The notes below the pieces were generated by a model that was given only the letters and a program-made list of their open reading frames with translations, had not been told where the DNA came from and did no database searches. A DNA stretch of 64,000 nucleotides from Staphylococcus phage vB_SepM_BE08. The stretch is taken from the sequence record MT596505.1; one strand, 5' to 3'. Below are positions 16,736-26,646 of the stretch, piece by piece (position 1 is the first letter of the stretch; each line of letters begins with the position of its first letter). Position numbers and translations under genes: made by a program.

Positions 16736-17182
16736 TTAATTTATATTAACATATCTACGAACGAATTTCTTAATATTTACTTTTGTAGAATGTTTATACC
16801 ATTTCTTTAAATGAATGTCATAACCTTGAAGTATAAAGTACTTAATACCATTTCCTAAATGTATTTCTGTTTCAATAGCCTGGTCTTTAAACCTTGACTT
16901 TGCATAACCATTTTTAATACTAAATATTCTAGTCGTGTCTTGCCAACGTTTAGGAGTTTCTTCAAACATGTATTCTAAGATAGGATAATGGTTTTTATTA
17001 TCAAAACTTAAAGTGTTTTTATATAAATATGCTTTCCTATTCTCAATTTCTATTGGAATAGGGTTTTGAGAAAACCAAGCACACTTATCATTATTCTCTT
17101 TTTTAATAACAAGAACACCATAATCTAAACTAGCCATTCTAATCACCTTTTCCTTTATATTAAGTATATTTATAATATACAC
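16736..17182 (-). CDS. hypothetical protein
   Basis: ORF; promoter tgtcaa 17197-17202 TTGACA-N17-TATATT. Confidence 0.55.
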   Translation of the reverse strand: MYIINILNIKEKVIRMASLDYGVLVIKKENNDKCAWFSQNPIPIEIENRKAYLYKNTLSFDNKNHYPILEYMFEETPKRWQDTTRIFSIKNGYAKSRFKDQAIETEIHLGNGIKYFILQGYDIHLKKWYKHSTKVNIKKFVRRYVNIN

Positions 17183-17368
17183 TATATTTATACAGTTGTC
17201 AATAGTTATTTTTAAGTGTTTTTAGAGCTTTATAGTGTTGTTTTATTATTTAGGTACATTTATACCTAAAATTTATTAGATATTCTGTATGCTTCTTATA
17301 TAAGCTTTGTGTAGGTATAAAAATAACCTTTACATATTAGTAAAGGTTATTTGTTATTTAAACATTAT

Positions 17369-17773
17369 TTATTTTACCAATTCTCCATCTTTCCAAATGA
17401 GTGTCATTGTGTCATCTTCATTAACTAAATATATACATTTAGTAACAATACGGTTAGAAGTGTACCCTAGAATATCATTAATACTTACAGATTTATGAAT
17501 ATCCGGAAATTTTGATTTTGTGTAATCTAAATTTGTATATATTTCTAAGACAGAATCTAGTTTTGTTTTTTCTGTAATTTCTTCTTCAACTTCAACTGTG
17601 AAAGTTTCATCTTTATTAATTGGGTCATCTATAAATACTGTTTGAAAACGATTAAACCTCACACAACTATTATCAAGGTTGCTATAAAATGTTTTTTCTT
17701 TAATATTGTTCTTCCAAACATATTCAATCAATTCTGGTAATGCCATTTCTATTTTTCTTTTAATTTTAACCAT
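17369..17773 (-). CDS. hypothetical protein, paralog of 18044..18460
   Basis: shared blocks IKRKIEMALPELIEY/IKKEITMSLDELIKW, VEVEEEITEKTKL/VEIEEEITEGTKL, KCIYLVNED/KCLYLVQED. Confidence 0.6.
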   Translation of the reverse strand: MVKIKRKIEMALPELIEYVWKNNIKEKTFYSNLDNSCVRFNRFQTVFIDDPINKDETFTVEVEEEITEKTKLDSVLEIYTNLDYTKSKFPDIHKSVSINDILGYTSNRIVTKCIYLVNEDDTMTLIWKDGELVK

Positions 17774-17784
17774 AATATCTCTCC

Positions 17785-18051
17785 TTAGTCTATAAAATCA
17801 TACGTTTGTTTAAAAATATATGGTTTAACCGCATAAAACTCACCTTGTACACCTTTCACAACATAGTCTCCTTCAGATACTCCTAGAGTTCCTTCTAATG
17901 TATCAATACCGAAAAGAATATCAAAATTAACCTCATCATAAAAAGGATGAGCTTTACCATTAGTCCAGTCACAAATTTCTTGTTTGTTTTCATCTCCATT
18001 ATACTGAATATATTCAACTTCTACTGGTTTCTTTTTTGCTTTTTTAATCAT
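17785..18051 (-). CDS. hypothetical protein
   Basis: ORF between paralogs. Confidence 0.5.
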   Translation of the reverse strand: MIKKAKKKPVEVEYIQYNGDENKQEICDWTNGKAHPFYDEVNFDILFGIDTLEGTLGVSEGDYVVKGVQGEFYAVKPYIFKQTYDFID

Positions 18052-18460
18052 TGTTTATATCTCCTTTACTATCACATACATTCATGTAAATCAATGACAT
18101 TGACATATCTTCTTGTACTAAATACAAACATTTAGTCTTAAATTCATCTTGGTTATTTGTAATAATTTCATTAATACTTTTACTACGGTGTATAGTAGAA
18201 CAAACTTCTCCTGAATAAGTATTATAATATAATTCTAATATAACTTCTAACTTTGTTCCTTCAGTAATTTCTTCTTCAATCTCTACAGATATGTTACTAT
18301 CTATATTAAAGCAACCACTAACTGATATGTCTCCAAACATATCAAAACTAACTATATCTCCAAAATTATTTTTATAATCTTTTGAAGTTATATTATTTTC
18401 TTTTGCCCATTTAATTAGTTCATCTAAACTCATTGTAATTTCTTTTTTAATTTTTATCAC
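18044..18460 (-). CDS. hypothetical protein, paralog of 17369..17773
   Basis: see paralog. Confidence 0.6.
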   Translation of the reverse strand: MIKIKKEITMSLDELIKWAKENNITSKDYKNNFGDIVSFDMFGDISVSGCFNIDSNISVEIEEEITEGTKLEVILELYYNTYSGEVCSTIHRSKSINEIITNNQDEFKTKCLYLVQEDMSMSLIYMNVCDSKGDINND

Positions 18461-18560
18461 GAGTTATACCTCCTATATTTTTTATTACCAACTTACTCTT
18501 TCTAATCGTTTTTGATAATATGGTAACTCATCATAGAATTCTCTAGCTTCTGTCTTCCTT

Positions 18561-18764
18561 TTAATCCTTCTTTTTAAACTTTAAAGTCACTACATCTCTA
18601 AAATGTTTATTTCTTGTATGCGTTTCTGAAAGTTTATAATTAGTTATCATTTCAATAACTTCATAGTCTACTAGGTTCAGACGAGATATATGAATATTAG
18701 TTTCATCTTTTCCGTCAAATAATCTTTTTAATATTTTTATTGTTGGTTGCTCAAAGTTTTTCAT
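18561..18764 (-). CDS. hypothetical protein
   Basis: ORF. Confidence 0.45.
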   Translation of the reverse strand: MKNFEQPTIKILKRLFDGKDETNIHISRLNLVDYEVIEMITNYKLSETHTRNKHFRDVVTLKFKKKD

Positions 18765-18796
18765 TTTTTAACCCCTTTTGATTAAGTATTGTCTCA

Positions 18797-19195
18797 TTAA
18801 TGTTTCACCACTGGATAATGAATATCTTTTATTTTTAACGAACATATGCTGTAATAAAAATCACCGTTACCTGCATCTGCATAACATTCACCCTGTGCTA
18901 TAGGGTTTTGGTTATGATATAAAACAACAGTAGCCAAACTTTCTGATTCAGCACTCCATGTATCAAACTTTTGTTGTTCTCTCTCATTCTCTATTTTAAC
19001 ATTTGTAATAACTGCATCTAGTTTTACATTAGTCCATTCTCCACCAGCACTTGCACAACAATCTTGTTCACTTTCCACTATTTCTACAAGAGTGCCATCA
19101 TCTAAAGTCAATGTTTTATCAGTCCATTCCTTGACTTTTTTATATAACAATTGTTTTTTTATTTCCTTAAATTCTTTATAATTAATTTTATACAT
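18797..19195 (-). CDS. hypothetical protein
   Basis: ORF. Confidence 0.5.
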   Translation of the reverse strand: MYKINYKEFKEIKKQLLYKKVKEWTDKTLTLDDGTLVEIVESEQDCCASAGGEWTNVKLDAVITNVKIENEREQQKFDTWSAESESLATVVLYHNQNPIAQGECYADAGNGDFYYSICSLKIKDIHYPVVKH

Positions 19196-19223
19196 TTATA
19201 TTCACTCCATACTTAGTATTTAT

Positions 19224-19577
19224 TTAGTGTTCTTCTATTTTTTCACTCATTGATTGAATAATGTGTAATACCATAGTTGCTAAATCGTTTTTTACATCAT
19301 CACCAGTATAAACATTAGCTAGTGTGTCGCAAAGCGGACATGTACCATAAAAATCCGATGTCGTTATATCCGGAACACCATCTACTTTAGATTTAAAAGT
19401 ACAAAATATTTGTCCTTGATAATCTCCTAAATATCTAACAATAGGTGTAGTATTATGTGTATCTTTTAAAACCAGTTCTCCTGCTAATTGATGTAAATCT
19501 TCATAAAAATAATGATTATTAGTATCTATGTGCTTTTTAATTTCTTTTGTAGTGATTCCTTTAGCATTTTCAATCAT
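19224..19577 (-). CDS. hypothetical protein
   Basis: ORF. Confidence 0.5.
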   Translation of the reverse strand: MIENAKGITTKEIKKHIDTNNHYFYEDLHQLAGELVLKDTHNTTPIVRYLGDYQGQIFCTFKSKVDGVPDITTSDFYGTCPLCDTLANVYTGDDVKNDLATMVLHIIQSMSEKIEEH

Positions 19578-19580
19578 TTA

Positions 19581-19799
19581 TTATTCCTCCATGTTTTTTA
19601 TAATATTAATTATATCTAAGTACATATTAATATATTTATCCATTAATTTTAATTGTTTTTGGTATAAATCTGTATCTATAGTTGAATCTATACTACAACA
19701 TTGAGCTATAAAATCTTCTTTATAATTAACAATATTGGAAAGTTCCTTAAGTAATACTTCTATCGGTTCTCTTACATACGTTAATTTACTTTCGACCAT
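19581..19799 (-). CDS. hypothetical protein
   Basis: ORF. Confidence 0.45.
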   Translation of the reverse strand: MVESKLTYVREPIEVLLKELSNIVNYKEDFIAQCCSIDSTIDTDLYQKQLKLMDKYINMYLDIINIIKNMEE

Positions 19800-19819
19800 A
19801 ATTGTGTTACTAACACTCC

Positions 19820-20113
19820 TTATTCAACTTCAAATCCATTTTTAACTAGTTCTTTTCTGAAATACTTAACTGCTTCTACTGCTTCATTATAAGTATTTAT
19901 ATGTTCTTCCATTTCTTCTAATGCAAGAACACCAGGACTACTTGTTCCAATTTTGAAATATGTTTCTACACCCATATCACTTTTACCATAACCGTGAATA
20001 TCTGTATGAGGTTTTGTTCTATCAATAGGTGTTACTTTAAGAATTCTAATATACTCACTCCCTAATACTGTTAATTTATAGTTACCAAATTCCGTTTCAA
20101 ATTGTTTTTCCAT
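19820..20113 (-). CDS. hypothetical protein
   Basis: ORF, SD AAAAGGAG. Confidence 0.55.
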   Translation of the reverse strand: MEKQFETEFGNYKLTVLGSEYIRILKVTPIDRTKPHTDIHGYGKSDMGVETYFKIGTSSPGVLALEEMEEHINTYNEAVEAVKYFRKELVKNGFEVE

Positions 20114-20203
20114 AATATCAATCTCCTTTTTACTTGTTAAATCAATCTTAACATATAAAAATTATAATGTCAACAGCTAAATAAAAAAAAGGAGTAAGTT
20201 TCC

Positions 20204-20704
20204 CTACTTCTTTATTATACTAATATCTAAAAAATCATTATCTCTTATTTTATGGTTTTTAATATTAATATTTTTATTATTTTCAAGACTAATTTTATCT
20301 CCTGATTCTATGTTTTTACTGTGTCTAGAATTAATAACATACAATTCATTTTTTGCATCTTTAAAGTATATTTTTTGCTCTATTGCATCTCTATCATCTA
20401 CTTTTGGTTCAAAGTTTTCTACTTCTGTTACTTTAGTATAACCTTTTGTTTCATAAATTTTATCTTTTACAAGTAAATAATTCATTGTTAAACCAAAGAT
20501 AATAACACCAAATACTAATGGAGGTACAACTATAGAATGAAGTATAAAAGATGAAGATAATTTTATTTTTTCTACACTTAAAAAGAATATTGAAAAAACA
20601 ATAATAGCAAATATAGATATAGTAATACCTTCTACAATAAGGTCAGTATTAAAGTTTTCTTTTAAAAACTCAAAATAACCTATATCTACTTTATTTATAT
20701 CCAT
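20204..20704 (-). CDS. membrane protein (2 TM segments)
   Basis: hydrophobic stretches. Confidence 0.55.
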   Translation of the reverse strand: MDINKVDIGYFEFLKENFNTDLIVEGITISIFAIIVFSIFFLSVEKIKLSSSFILHSIVVPPLVFGVIIFGLTMNYLLVKDKIYETKGYTKVTEVENFEPKVDDRDAIEQKIYFKDAKNELYVINSRHSKNIESGDKISLENNKNINIKNHKIRDNDFLDISIIKK

Positions 20705-20705
20705 A

Positions 20706-21188
20706 TTAAATCCTCCTTATACTTTTTAGTAACTCATTATACTCATAAACATATCCTTTAACTTTTGAATGTTCTAATAACGATACAATATAATTTGAAC
20801 TAGACTCACTTTCAAAGTCTTCTGTTGAAACATCTGTATGATTAATTCTAAAATCAGATAAATAGATGCGTTCTTTTCCCCCTACTAAATCAACATTAAC
20901 TACAGCTCTATTAATAATACTTGAAGCACTCTCTGAATCATTTATATTTAAAAGTACTTCATCTTCAAATTCAATAATTGCTTTATCATAAATTTCTTTA
21001 TTATCTATATCGTTAACACCACTATAAAATAAAATATTTACATGGTCTGTAACATCTGCAATCATACCTGATTCTTCATCATAATTTAAATCTCCAGCAA
21101 GTACAGTACCATTAGGAAGTAAGCAAACATCACAGTAATCAATGAATTCTTTGTTCATTGTATTCCAAACTATATATTTAAAAGTCAT
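20706..21188 (-). CDS. hypothetical acidic protein
   Basis: ORF. Confidence 0.55.
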   Translation of the reverse strand: MTFKYIVWNTMNKEFIDYCDVCLLPNGTVLAGDLNYDEESGMIADVTDHVNILFYSGVNDIDNKEIYDKAIIEFEDEVLLNINDSESASSIINRAVVNVDLVGGKERIYLSDFRINHTDVSTEDFESESSSNYIVSLLEHSKVKGYVYEYNELLKSIRRI

Positions 21189-21212
21189 TTATATTTAACT
21201 CCTTTTTAATTA

Positions 21213-21413
21213 TTACTGATTAGGTAAACCAGCTTCTAGACATTCATTATATGCTCTTTCGTTATCAATTTCTGTTCTATAATAATCAATAATTTGTCCG
21301 ATTTCAAGATGTGTCATTTTGTTAATTTCACTAGCTTTATATATTTCATCATCTTTTAATCCGTATTCTTTTTGTAATCCTTGCACATATTTAATTTGTT
21401 TCTTTGTAGCCAT
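21213..21413 (-). CDS. hypothetical protein
   Basis: ORF. Confidence 0.5.
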   Translation of the reverse strand: MATKKQIKYVQGLQKEYGLKDDEIYKASEINKMTHLEIGQIIDYYRTEIDNERAYNECLEAGLPNQ

Positions 21414-21419
21414 TATAGG

Positions 21420-21587
21420 TCATCCTTCTTTTTTAGTTTTGAATTCTTTATGCATTTTATCCCAAGATTCTGCTTTTCTATACACTTCTTCTATTTCTTT
21501 ATCTATATCATCACTATAAGAACCATATATTATATCTAAGACATCTTGTTTTTCTTTATAGTTAATATCATAAATGTTATATGACAT
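21420..21587 (-). CDS. unlisted small ORF (~55 aa, MSYNIYDINYKEKQDVLDIIYGSYSDD...)
   Basis: strong SD AAAGGAGG upstream of ATG 21587; below track cutoff. Confidence 0.45.
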   Translation of the reverse strand: MSYNIYDINYKEKQDVLDIIYGSYSDDIDKEIEEVYRKAESWDKMHKEFKTKKEG

Positions 21588-21602
21588 TACTAAGTTCCTC
21601 CT

Positions 21603-21890
21603 TTATTTAAAGTATAAATTAGATAAAAGTGCTAATTCCTTAATCTCTTTTCTACTAGTTAAACTTAAGTGTTTCTTTTTATTGCCTTTTATAATATCTA
21701 TCTCGTATAACCAACCATCAAAGTATGGCTTGCTTAAATGCTTCATTAATTCTCTTTCTAAATAAATAGGGTGGTCTGCTTTAATGTATACACACTTAGA
21801 ACTAGGTAAATACATTGAATACCTAAGTTGTTGTTGCTCAATCTTTTTTTCTGGGATATCGTTAAACCAATCCATAATACGATGCCACAT
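21603..21890 (-). CDS. hypothetical protein
   Basis: ORF. Confidence 0.5.
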   Translation of the reverse strand: MWHRIMDWFNDIPEKKIEQQQLRYSMYLPSSKCVYIKADHPIYLERELMKHLSKPYFDGWLYEIDIIKGNKKKHLSLTSRKEIKELALLSNLYFK

Positions 21891-22310
21891 TTAATCTTTC
21901 CCCTCCTTTATTGTTTTAATTATTATTACTATAACACCTATCACAATAATTGTCAATATAATATATAAAAATAATATTGGATGAATAAAACATAATGCTA
22001 ATATTGAAAATATACAACCACCTAATATACCACAGAACAATAACTTATACCATTTAACTTTTTCTTCTTGATTAAAATCATCAAGAAAAAGAATAACTAT
22101 ACTAAATACAGAAAAAAACCAAATAATAGCTGGTATGGTTAAAAAATATGACTGAATATTGAAATGATTTAATATTAAACTAGGAAGTATTGCAATAAAA
22201 GATATTACACCGAGTATAATAACAATTCCAGCCAAAACTAATAACACTAATATTACAGGTAATAGTAAATATTCCCACAAATTTTTAAATAATCTTTTAA
22301 TAAAATTCAT
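21891..22310 (-). CDS. polytopic membrane protein (3-4 TM)
   Basis: hydrophobicity. Confidence 0.55.
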   Translation of the reverse strand: MNFIKRLFKNLWEYLLLPVILVLLVLAGIVIILGVISFIAILPSLILNHFNIQSYFLTIPAIIWFFSVFSIVILFLDDFNQEEKVKWYKLLFCGILGGCIFSILALCFIHPILFLYIILTIIVIGVIVIIIKTIKEGKD

Positions 22311-22328
22311 ATTTTCCTCCTTTTTAAA

Positions 22329-22547
22329 CTACTTTAAGTAGTCTGTAAATTCATTTATTATTGTATCCTTATTACTGATATACAACATGTTGTCGTACTT
22401 AACATCATATATTTCAATAAACTCAAATGAATCCAAATCATCTTTTTTATTTAATAAATCAGACAAATTATTAAACTTAAGTACTACATCATCCATCCCT
22501 CCTGCTGGGTAATATTCAGAATAACTAAATAGTAAAAATCTATACAT
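22329..22547 (-). CDS. hypothetical protein
   Basis: ORF. Confidence 0.45.
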   Translation of the reverse strand: MYRFLLFSYSEYYPAGGMDDVVLKFNNLSDLLNKKDDLDSFEFIEIYDVKYDNMLYISNKDTIINEFTDYLK

Positions 22548-22592
22548 AATATTTCCTCCTATAAAAATGATTTTTTTAAAATTTATTTAATA

Positions 22593-22808
22593 TTATAAAA
22601 TTTTTAAAATATTATCTGATTCATCTACTACTAATATATTTTCGTGTTTTATAGGTACATAAACACCGTCTATTTTTACAACAGGTTCATATGTAAAATA
22701 ACTACCTAATGAACTCTCTCCTGTATCACAATCTACAGTTTTAATCATTGGATAAGCAAGACTTCTTTCGTATATCCATTTTTCTATATCTACTTTAATT
22801 TCTCTCAT
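22593..22808 (-). CDS. hypothetical protein
   Basis: ORF. Confidence 0.45.
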   Translation of the reverse strand: MREIKVDIEKWIYERSLAYPMIKTVDCDTGESSLGSYFTYEPVVKIDGVYVPIKHENILVVDESDNILKIL

Positions 22809-22836
22809 TATAATTTCTCCTTATAAAATGTATATT

Positions 22837-23346
22837 TTAAATCCTTTCAATTGTATCAGTGTTTAAATTCAAATAATACTTTACCTTTTTATTTAATCCT
22901 CCTTTAGTAAAACCTTCAGATGTTCCTTGCCCTTGCATATAAAAATACTTAAACAGTTCATTATTGTATCGTAAGTATATATCCATACCGAAATATGTTT
23001 CAATATAAAATGGAGGATATTCCATCACATTATCATTGTAAAAGTTATTGATATACTTACAAATAGATTCTAACTTTTGATGCATAAACTCTTCACTTGA
23101 ATATAGATGTTTATACTTATCTTTATAGAGATACAGAATATCTTCTGTTGAGATACTTCCGAGTATCTCAATTGTCTCAGTAAACATTTTATTTAAATCA
23201 AAATCTTTGTTTTTGGCTTTCTTTAAAATTAAATTTCTTCTATTTTCTTTTTCTTTTAATCCATTATTAATGCTTTCTATTTGTTCATCAGTCATATTTG
23301 ATATATTTTTCAATATTTTATCAAATTTGTCATCTATATTACTCAT
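22837..23346 (-). CDS. hypothetical protein
   Basis: ORF. Confidence 0.5.
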   Translation of the reverse strand: MSNIDDKFDKILKNISNMTDEQIESINNGLKEKENRRNLILKKAKNKDFDLNKMFTETIEILGSISTEDILYLYKDKYKHLYSSEEFMHQKLESICKYINNFYNDNVMEYPPFYIETYFGMDIYLRYNNELFKYFYMQGQGTSEGFTKGGLNKKVKYYLNLNTDTIERI

Positions 23347-23378
23347 ATAGTATCGCTCCTTATAAAATGATTCTTTTA

Positions 23379-23573
23379 TTACCTCATATATTTATTCCTA
23401 TTTACTGTACTTGGTTTTGGTAGCTTATCAATGTCATATTGCTTTACATCTTCATGCATATATGTTTTTAATAATTTATCATTCTTTATAATGTATTTGC
23501 TATAATCTTTACTACTATTAAATTCTAAATGGCTTTTATCTTTTAAATTTTCTTTTTTCTTACCTTTTTCCAT
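23379..23573 (-). CDS. hypothetical basic protein
   Basis: ORF, SD AAAGGAG. Confidence 0.45.
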   Translation of the reverse strand: MEKGKKKENLKDKSHLEFNSSKDYSKYIIKNDKLLKTYMHEDVKQYDIDKLPKPSTVNRNKYMR

Positions 23574-23610
23574 ATTTAAAACTCCTTTACTTTATTGTAG
23601 TCTAAGTATA

Positions 23611-23645
23611 TAACAAAAAACACCCAGTGTCAAGGGTGTTTTTAT
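23611..23645 (-). terminator. terminator hairpin aacaccc-agtgtcaa-gggtgtt + U-run whose loop also supplies a TTGACA -35 for the next gene
   Basis: inverted repeat right after stop of 23649..24758; TTGACA-N17-TATATA downstream. Confidence 0.5.
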
Positions 23646-23648
23646 AAT

Positions 23649-24758
23649 TTATTCAATATATTCAATATTATCTTTAGTTTCTAATATACCTTTTGCTGTA
23701 TTATATACTAACTCAGGTTTATCTTCGACATCAAATGGAACAATGTTTTTACTTTTATCAAGTTCAAACTTTATTTTACTCATTAAGTCTTTAAAACCTA
23801 CAAAATAACCTTTTCTTTCATCTAGATTATTCTTTTGATACGTGTATGTTCTATCAAAAGGTTTAACAAAGAATCTATAAGTATTTCTGCCTTTAACATA
23901 GTTAAATGATATTGCGTGACTTTCATAATATCTAATACTTGTTTCTTGTAAGATATAACCATTAATAGGTATTTTTGTAATACTATCAAAAGCATCTTGG
24001 AAATCAGATAAATCATATAATAAGTCATTTGTATAAGATTTAATAGTTTCTAATACATTATTTTCAGTAACAAATACGTATTTTAAATCACGAGTAGTAA
24101 AACTAGGAATACATATAGCTTCTTTAACATCTCTAAAATTCCCTTTAGAAGATAATATTATTTCATTTATTTTTTGTTCTCTATCAGGAACTAATCCTAT
24201 AATTAAAGGTATATTATTATATTTCAATTCTACATTAATACTCTGACTTTCTATAATATATGGTTTAACTATTTCTTTAATTTTTTGAAAACTTTTGATT
24301 TTATTCTCTACAGAAGTTATATTATAGTTTATTTCTTTAAAAATAGAACTTAATGCTTTATGTGCTTTATAACCATCTAAAGTATAATCCAAATCATAAA
24401 TACTCATTAAAAAATAAGATAAAACTTTTTTGTTTAAGCTATTATAAATTTCTAGATTTAAACTAGGATTTTTATACGAACAATCTAGTTTTAGTAAAAA
24501 TTTAAAATTTTCATGTCCGTATTTACGTGTACGTTCAAGACTATACTTAGAGTAGTCACTAACTTCTACTAAATCAAAGTCCAAATCTTCTTTGATTTTA
24601 TTTACTAAACTTTTAGCAATATCATACTTGGAAAATAGGAACATATCATCTTTTTTCTTTATTGTTGGTTCTGGTTTAGACTCGAGAAATGCAAAAATTA
24701 CACTAAAAATAACTAAAAAAACTACGAAAACTATCATCATACCTAATACAATTTTCAT
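23649..24758 (-). CDS. membrane-anchored hypothetical protein (N-terminal TM, 369 aa)
   Basis: ORF; internal 23822..24028 ORF is an overlapping artefact. Confidence 0.6.
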   Translation of the reverse strand: MKIVLGMMIVFVVFLVIFSVIFAFLESKPEPTIKKKDDMFLFSKYDIAKSLVNKIKEDLDFDLVEVSDYSKYSLERTRKYGHENFKFLLKLDCSYKNPSLNLEIYNSLNKKVLSYFLMSIYDLDYTLDGYKAHKALSSIFKEINYNITSVENKIKSFQKIKEIVKPYIIESQSINVELKYNNIPLIIGLVPDREQKINEIILSSKGNFRDVKEAICIPSFTTRDLKYVFVTENNVLETIKSYTNDLLYDLSDFQDAFDSITKIPINGYILQETSIRYYESHAISFNYVKGRNTYRFFVKPFDRTYTYQKNNLDERKGYFVGFKDLMSKIKFELDKSKNIVPFDVEDKPELVYNTAKGILETKDNIEYIE

Positions 24759-24811
24759 TATTTATACACTCCTTTGTAATTATTTTCATTAGTATCTTCT
24801 CCTTTTATTTT

Positions 24812-25321
24812 TTATGAAAATACATCTTTCATTTTGTTATAAGCATCTAATAGTTTATTATATTCTTGTTTAGAAATAGTTACTTTTTCTTGTATACTTG
24901 ATTTTTTAAAATGTTCTTCATAATCTCGTTTACAAGGTCTAACAATATAATCAATTTGTTTCTTTGGAAAGAGGTGTTTTTCTACGGGTTTATTTCCTTT
25001 ACCATCTCTATTTTGAGTAATAACAGCTACGTTATCAAAATTATGGTTGTAAACAATGATACCATTGAATCCAAATATAGATATTTTTTCTGATACAAAT
25101 ATATCCCCTTCTCTATAATCGTCAGTTTTTAATAATTCTTTGGACTTAATGATTTTCCAAGAATTAGGTAATTTCTCGTATTTCATTCTACTAGCATTTA
25201 ACTTAGTTGTATATTTATTTAAAGTTAATCGTTTTACATAATTAGATACTAGATTTGTGGATTGGTACCCATTAATATTGTTACTTTTTATAAATTTTCC
25301 TACGTAATCATTTAAATACAT
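24812..25321 (-). CDS. hypothetical protein
   Basis: ORF. Confidence 0.55.
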   Translation of the reverse strand: MYLNDYVGKFIKSNNINGYQSTNLVSNYVKRLTLNKYTTKLNASRMKYEKLPNSWKIIKSKELLKTDDYREGDIFVSEKISIFGFNGIIVYNHNFDNVAVITQNRDGKGNKPVEKHLFPKKQIDYIVRPCKRDYEEHFKKSSIQEKVTISKQEYNKLLDAYNKMKDVFS

Positions 25322-25336
25322 GTTTTATTTTCTCCT

Positions 25337-25513
25337 TTATAAATTTTCTAAATGGTATTTGTAAGAACGTTTTACTTTGTTTAGCTCTTCTAATGCTTTA
25401 TTTAAACATACAGTATTGATAAGACCATTAGTGTCTAATTTTAAGTACTCTACATCAGTAATAATTCTTTCTAAAGAATTCACATACTCCTTTAATTGCT
25501 CTTCACTTTCCAT
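25337..25513 (-). CDS. unlisted small ORF (58 aa, MESEEQLKEYVNSLERIITDVEY...)
   Basis: SD AAAGGAG 7 nt upstream of ATG 25513; stop region carries SD for 24812..25321. Confidence 0.5.
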   Translation of the reverse strand: MESEEQLKEYVNSLERIITDVEYLKLDTNGLINTVCLNKALEELNKVKRSYKYHLENL

Positions 25514-25766
25514 TATATAACTCCTTTCTATATACCTAATGCTATTAAGATAAGGCTTACTAAGATAAGCACTACCATAATTAACATTATTAATAGAGGT
25601 ATGGCTTCTTCTTTATTTCCATCTTTAAATAGTTTAATTACTTCTACTAAAACACTAAAACAAATAGCTAAGTAAAATAAAGCTAATACACTTGCTAAAA
25701 TAATAAAACCTATAACTTTTACTCCTCCTTATTTATTATATATAAACTATAACATAAAAAAAGACC

Positions 25767-25795
25767 CCTGTCAATAGGGGTCAGTAAAAAATTTT
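25767..25795 (-). terminator. terminator hairpin gacccctgtcaataggggtc after SPFH gene
   Basis: 8-bp stem with U-run on minus. Confidence 0.5.
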
Positions 25796-25833
25796 AATAC
25801 TATTTTAGATTAACAATCGGTTCTTTATCTATA

Positions 25834-26646
25834 TTATTTATGTCTCATATCTAATATAGCATTTCCTGAATCTGGTAATGTGATAGGTGTATCACCTTTC
25901 CATTTTTCGATAAGTTGTTTTTGTAGTAACTCATCTGTTAATGATTCTTCTACAATTTCATTTGCTTTCTTAGTACCTTTTGCTTCAATTTCTTTACGTT
26001 CAGCTTCTTCTTTAGCAATTTGTTTGTCAACTTTCTTTCTCTCTAATTCTTGATTTGCTTTAACACGACTGTCAATTGCTTTTTGAGTATTTTTATCTGC
26101 TTTTGGAGAACTTAAAGCAATATCTTCAACAATAAAACCTTGACCTTTAAGATTTTCTTCAAGTTTATCTAAAGTAGATTTTTTAATTTCACTTGTTTTA
26201 ACACCGAAAGCATCAATTACTGAGTATTTAGAAACAGATTGACGTACGTTATCTTGTACTCTTGAACGTAAATAACCTTTTTCTAGCTGTTCAATATCTG
26301 CACTACCAAAACGATTAAATAATTCAACTGCTTTTGAGCTATCAACTTTATAGTTTACATCAATATCTAAATTAAGGTTTTTACCATCTGACGTTGATAC
26401 ATTCATATCTTTGTAGCTGATAGTTTGTGTTCTTGTAGGATATTCATTTACTCTGTTCATAGGTGCTACTAAGTGCCAGCCAGGACTTAGAGTATTATCC
26501 TTAACACCTTTAGGTGAGTATACAACACCTACTGTTCCTTGCGGTACTCTTTCAATACTTAGAAACGCAATTATAATTGCTACAATAATAATAATACCGC
26601 CTATAGTTAATCCTAAACCTGCTTTTACTTTACTTTCCATAATCAT
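25834..26646 (-). CDS. SPFH/band-7 (prohibitin/flotillin-like) membrane protein
   Basis: N-terminal TM then IERVPQGTVGVVYSPKG...GWHLVAP SPFH signature and long charged coiled-coil. Confidence 0.65.
   Translation of the reverse strand: MIMESKVKAGLGLTIGGIIIIVAIIIAFLSIERVPQGTVGVVYSPKGVKDNTLSPGWHLVAPMNRVNEYPTRTQTISYKDMNVSTSDGKNLNLDIDVNYKVDSSKAVELFNRFGSADIEQLEKGYLRSRVQDNVRQSVSKYSVIDAFGVKTSEIKKSTLDKLEENLKGQGFIVEDIALSSPKADKNTQKAIDSRVKANQELERKKVDKQIAKEEAERKEIEAKGTKKANEIVEESLTDELLQKQLIEKWKGDTPITLPDSGNAILDMRHK

Noticed and set aside
23822-24028. Nested minus ORF inside 23649..24758, and 51863..52066 inside 51513..52238
   Set aside because: Alternative-frame artefacts fully contained in longer SD-supported genes.
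25540-25735. ~60-codon hydrophobic minus-strand frame (…IGFIILASVLALFYLAICF…) after strong SD AAGGAGG
   Set aside because: No ATG/GTG/TTG at the SD-proximal position (would need an ATA or ATT start); kept only as a note.
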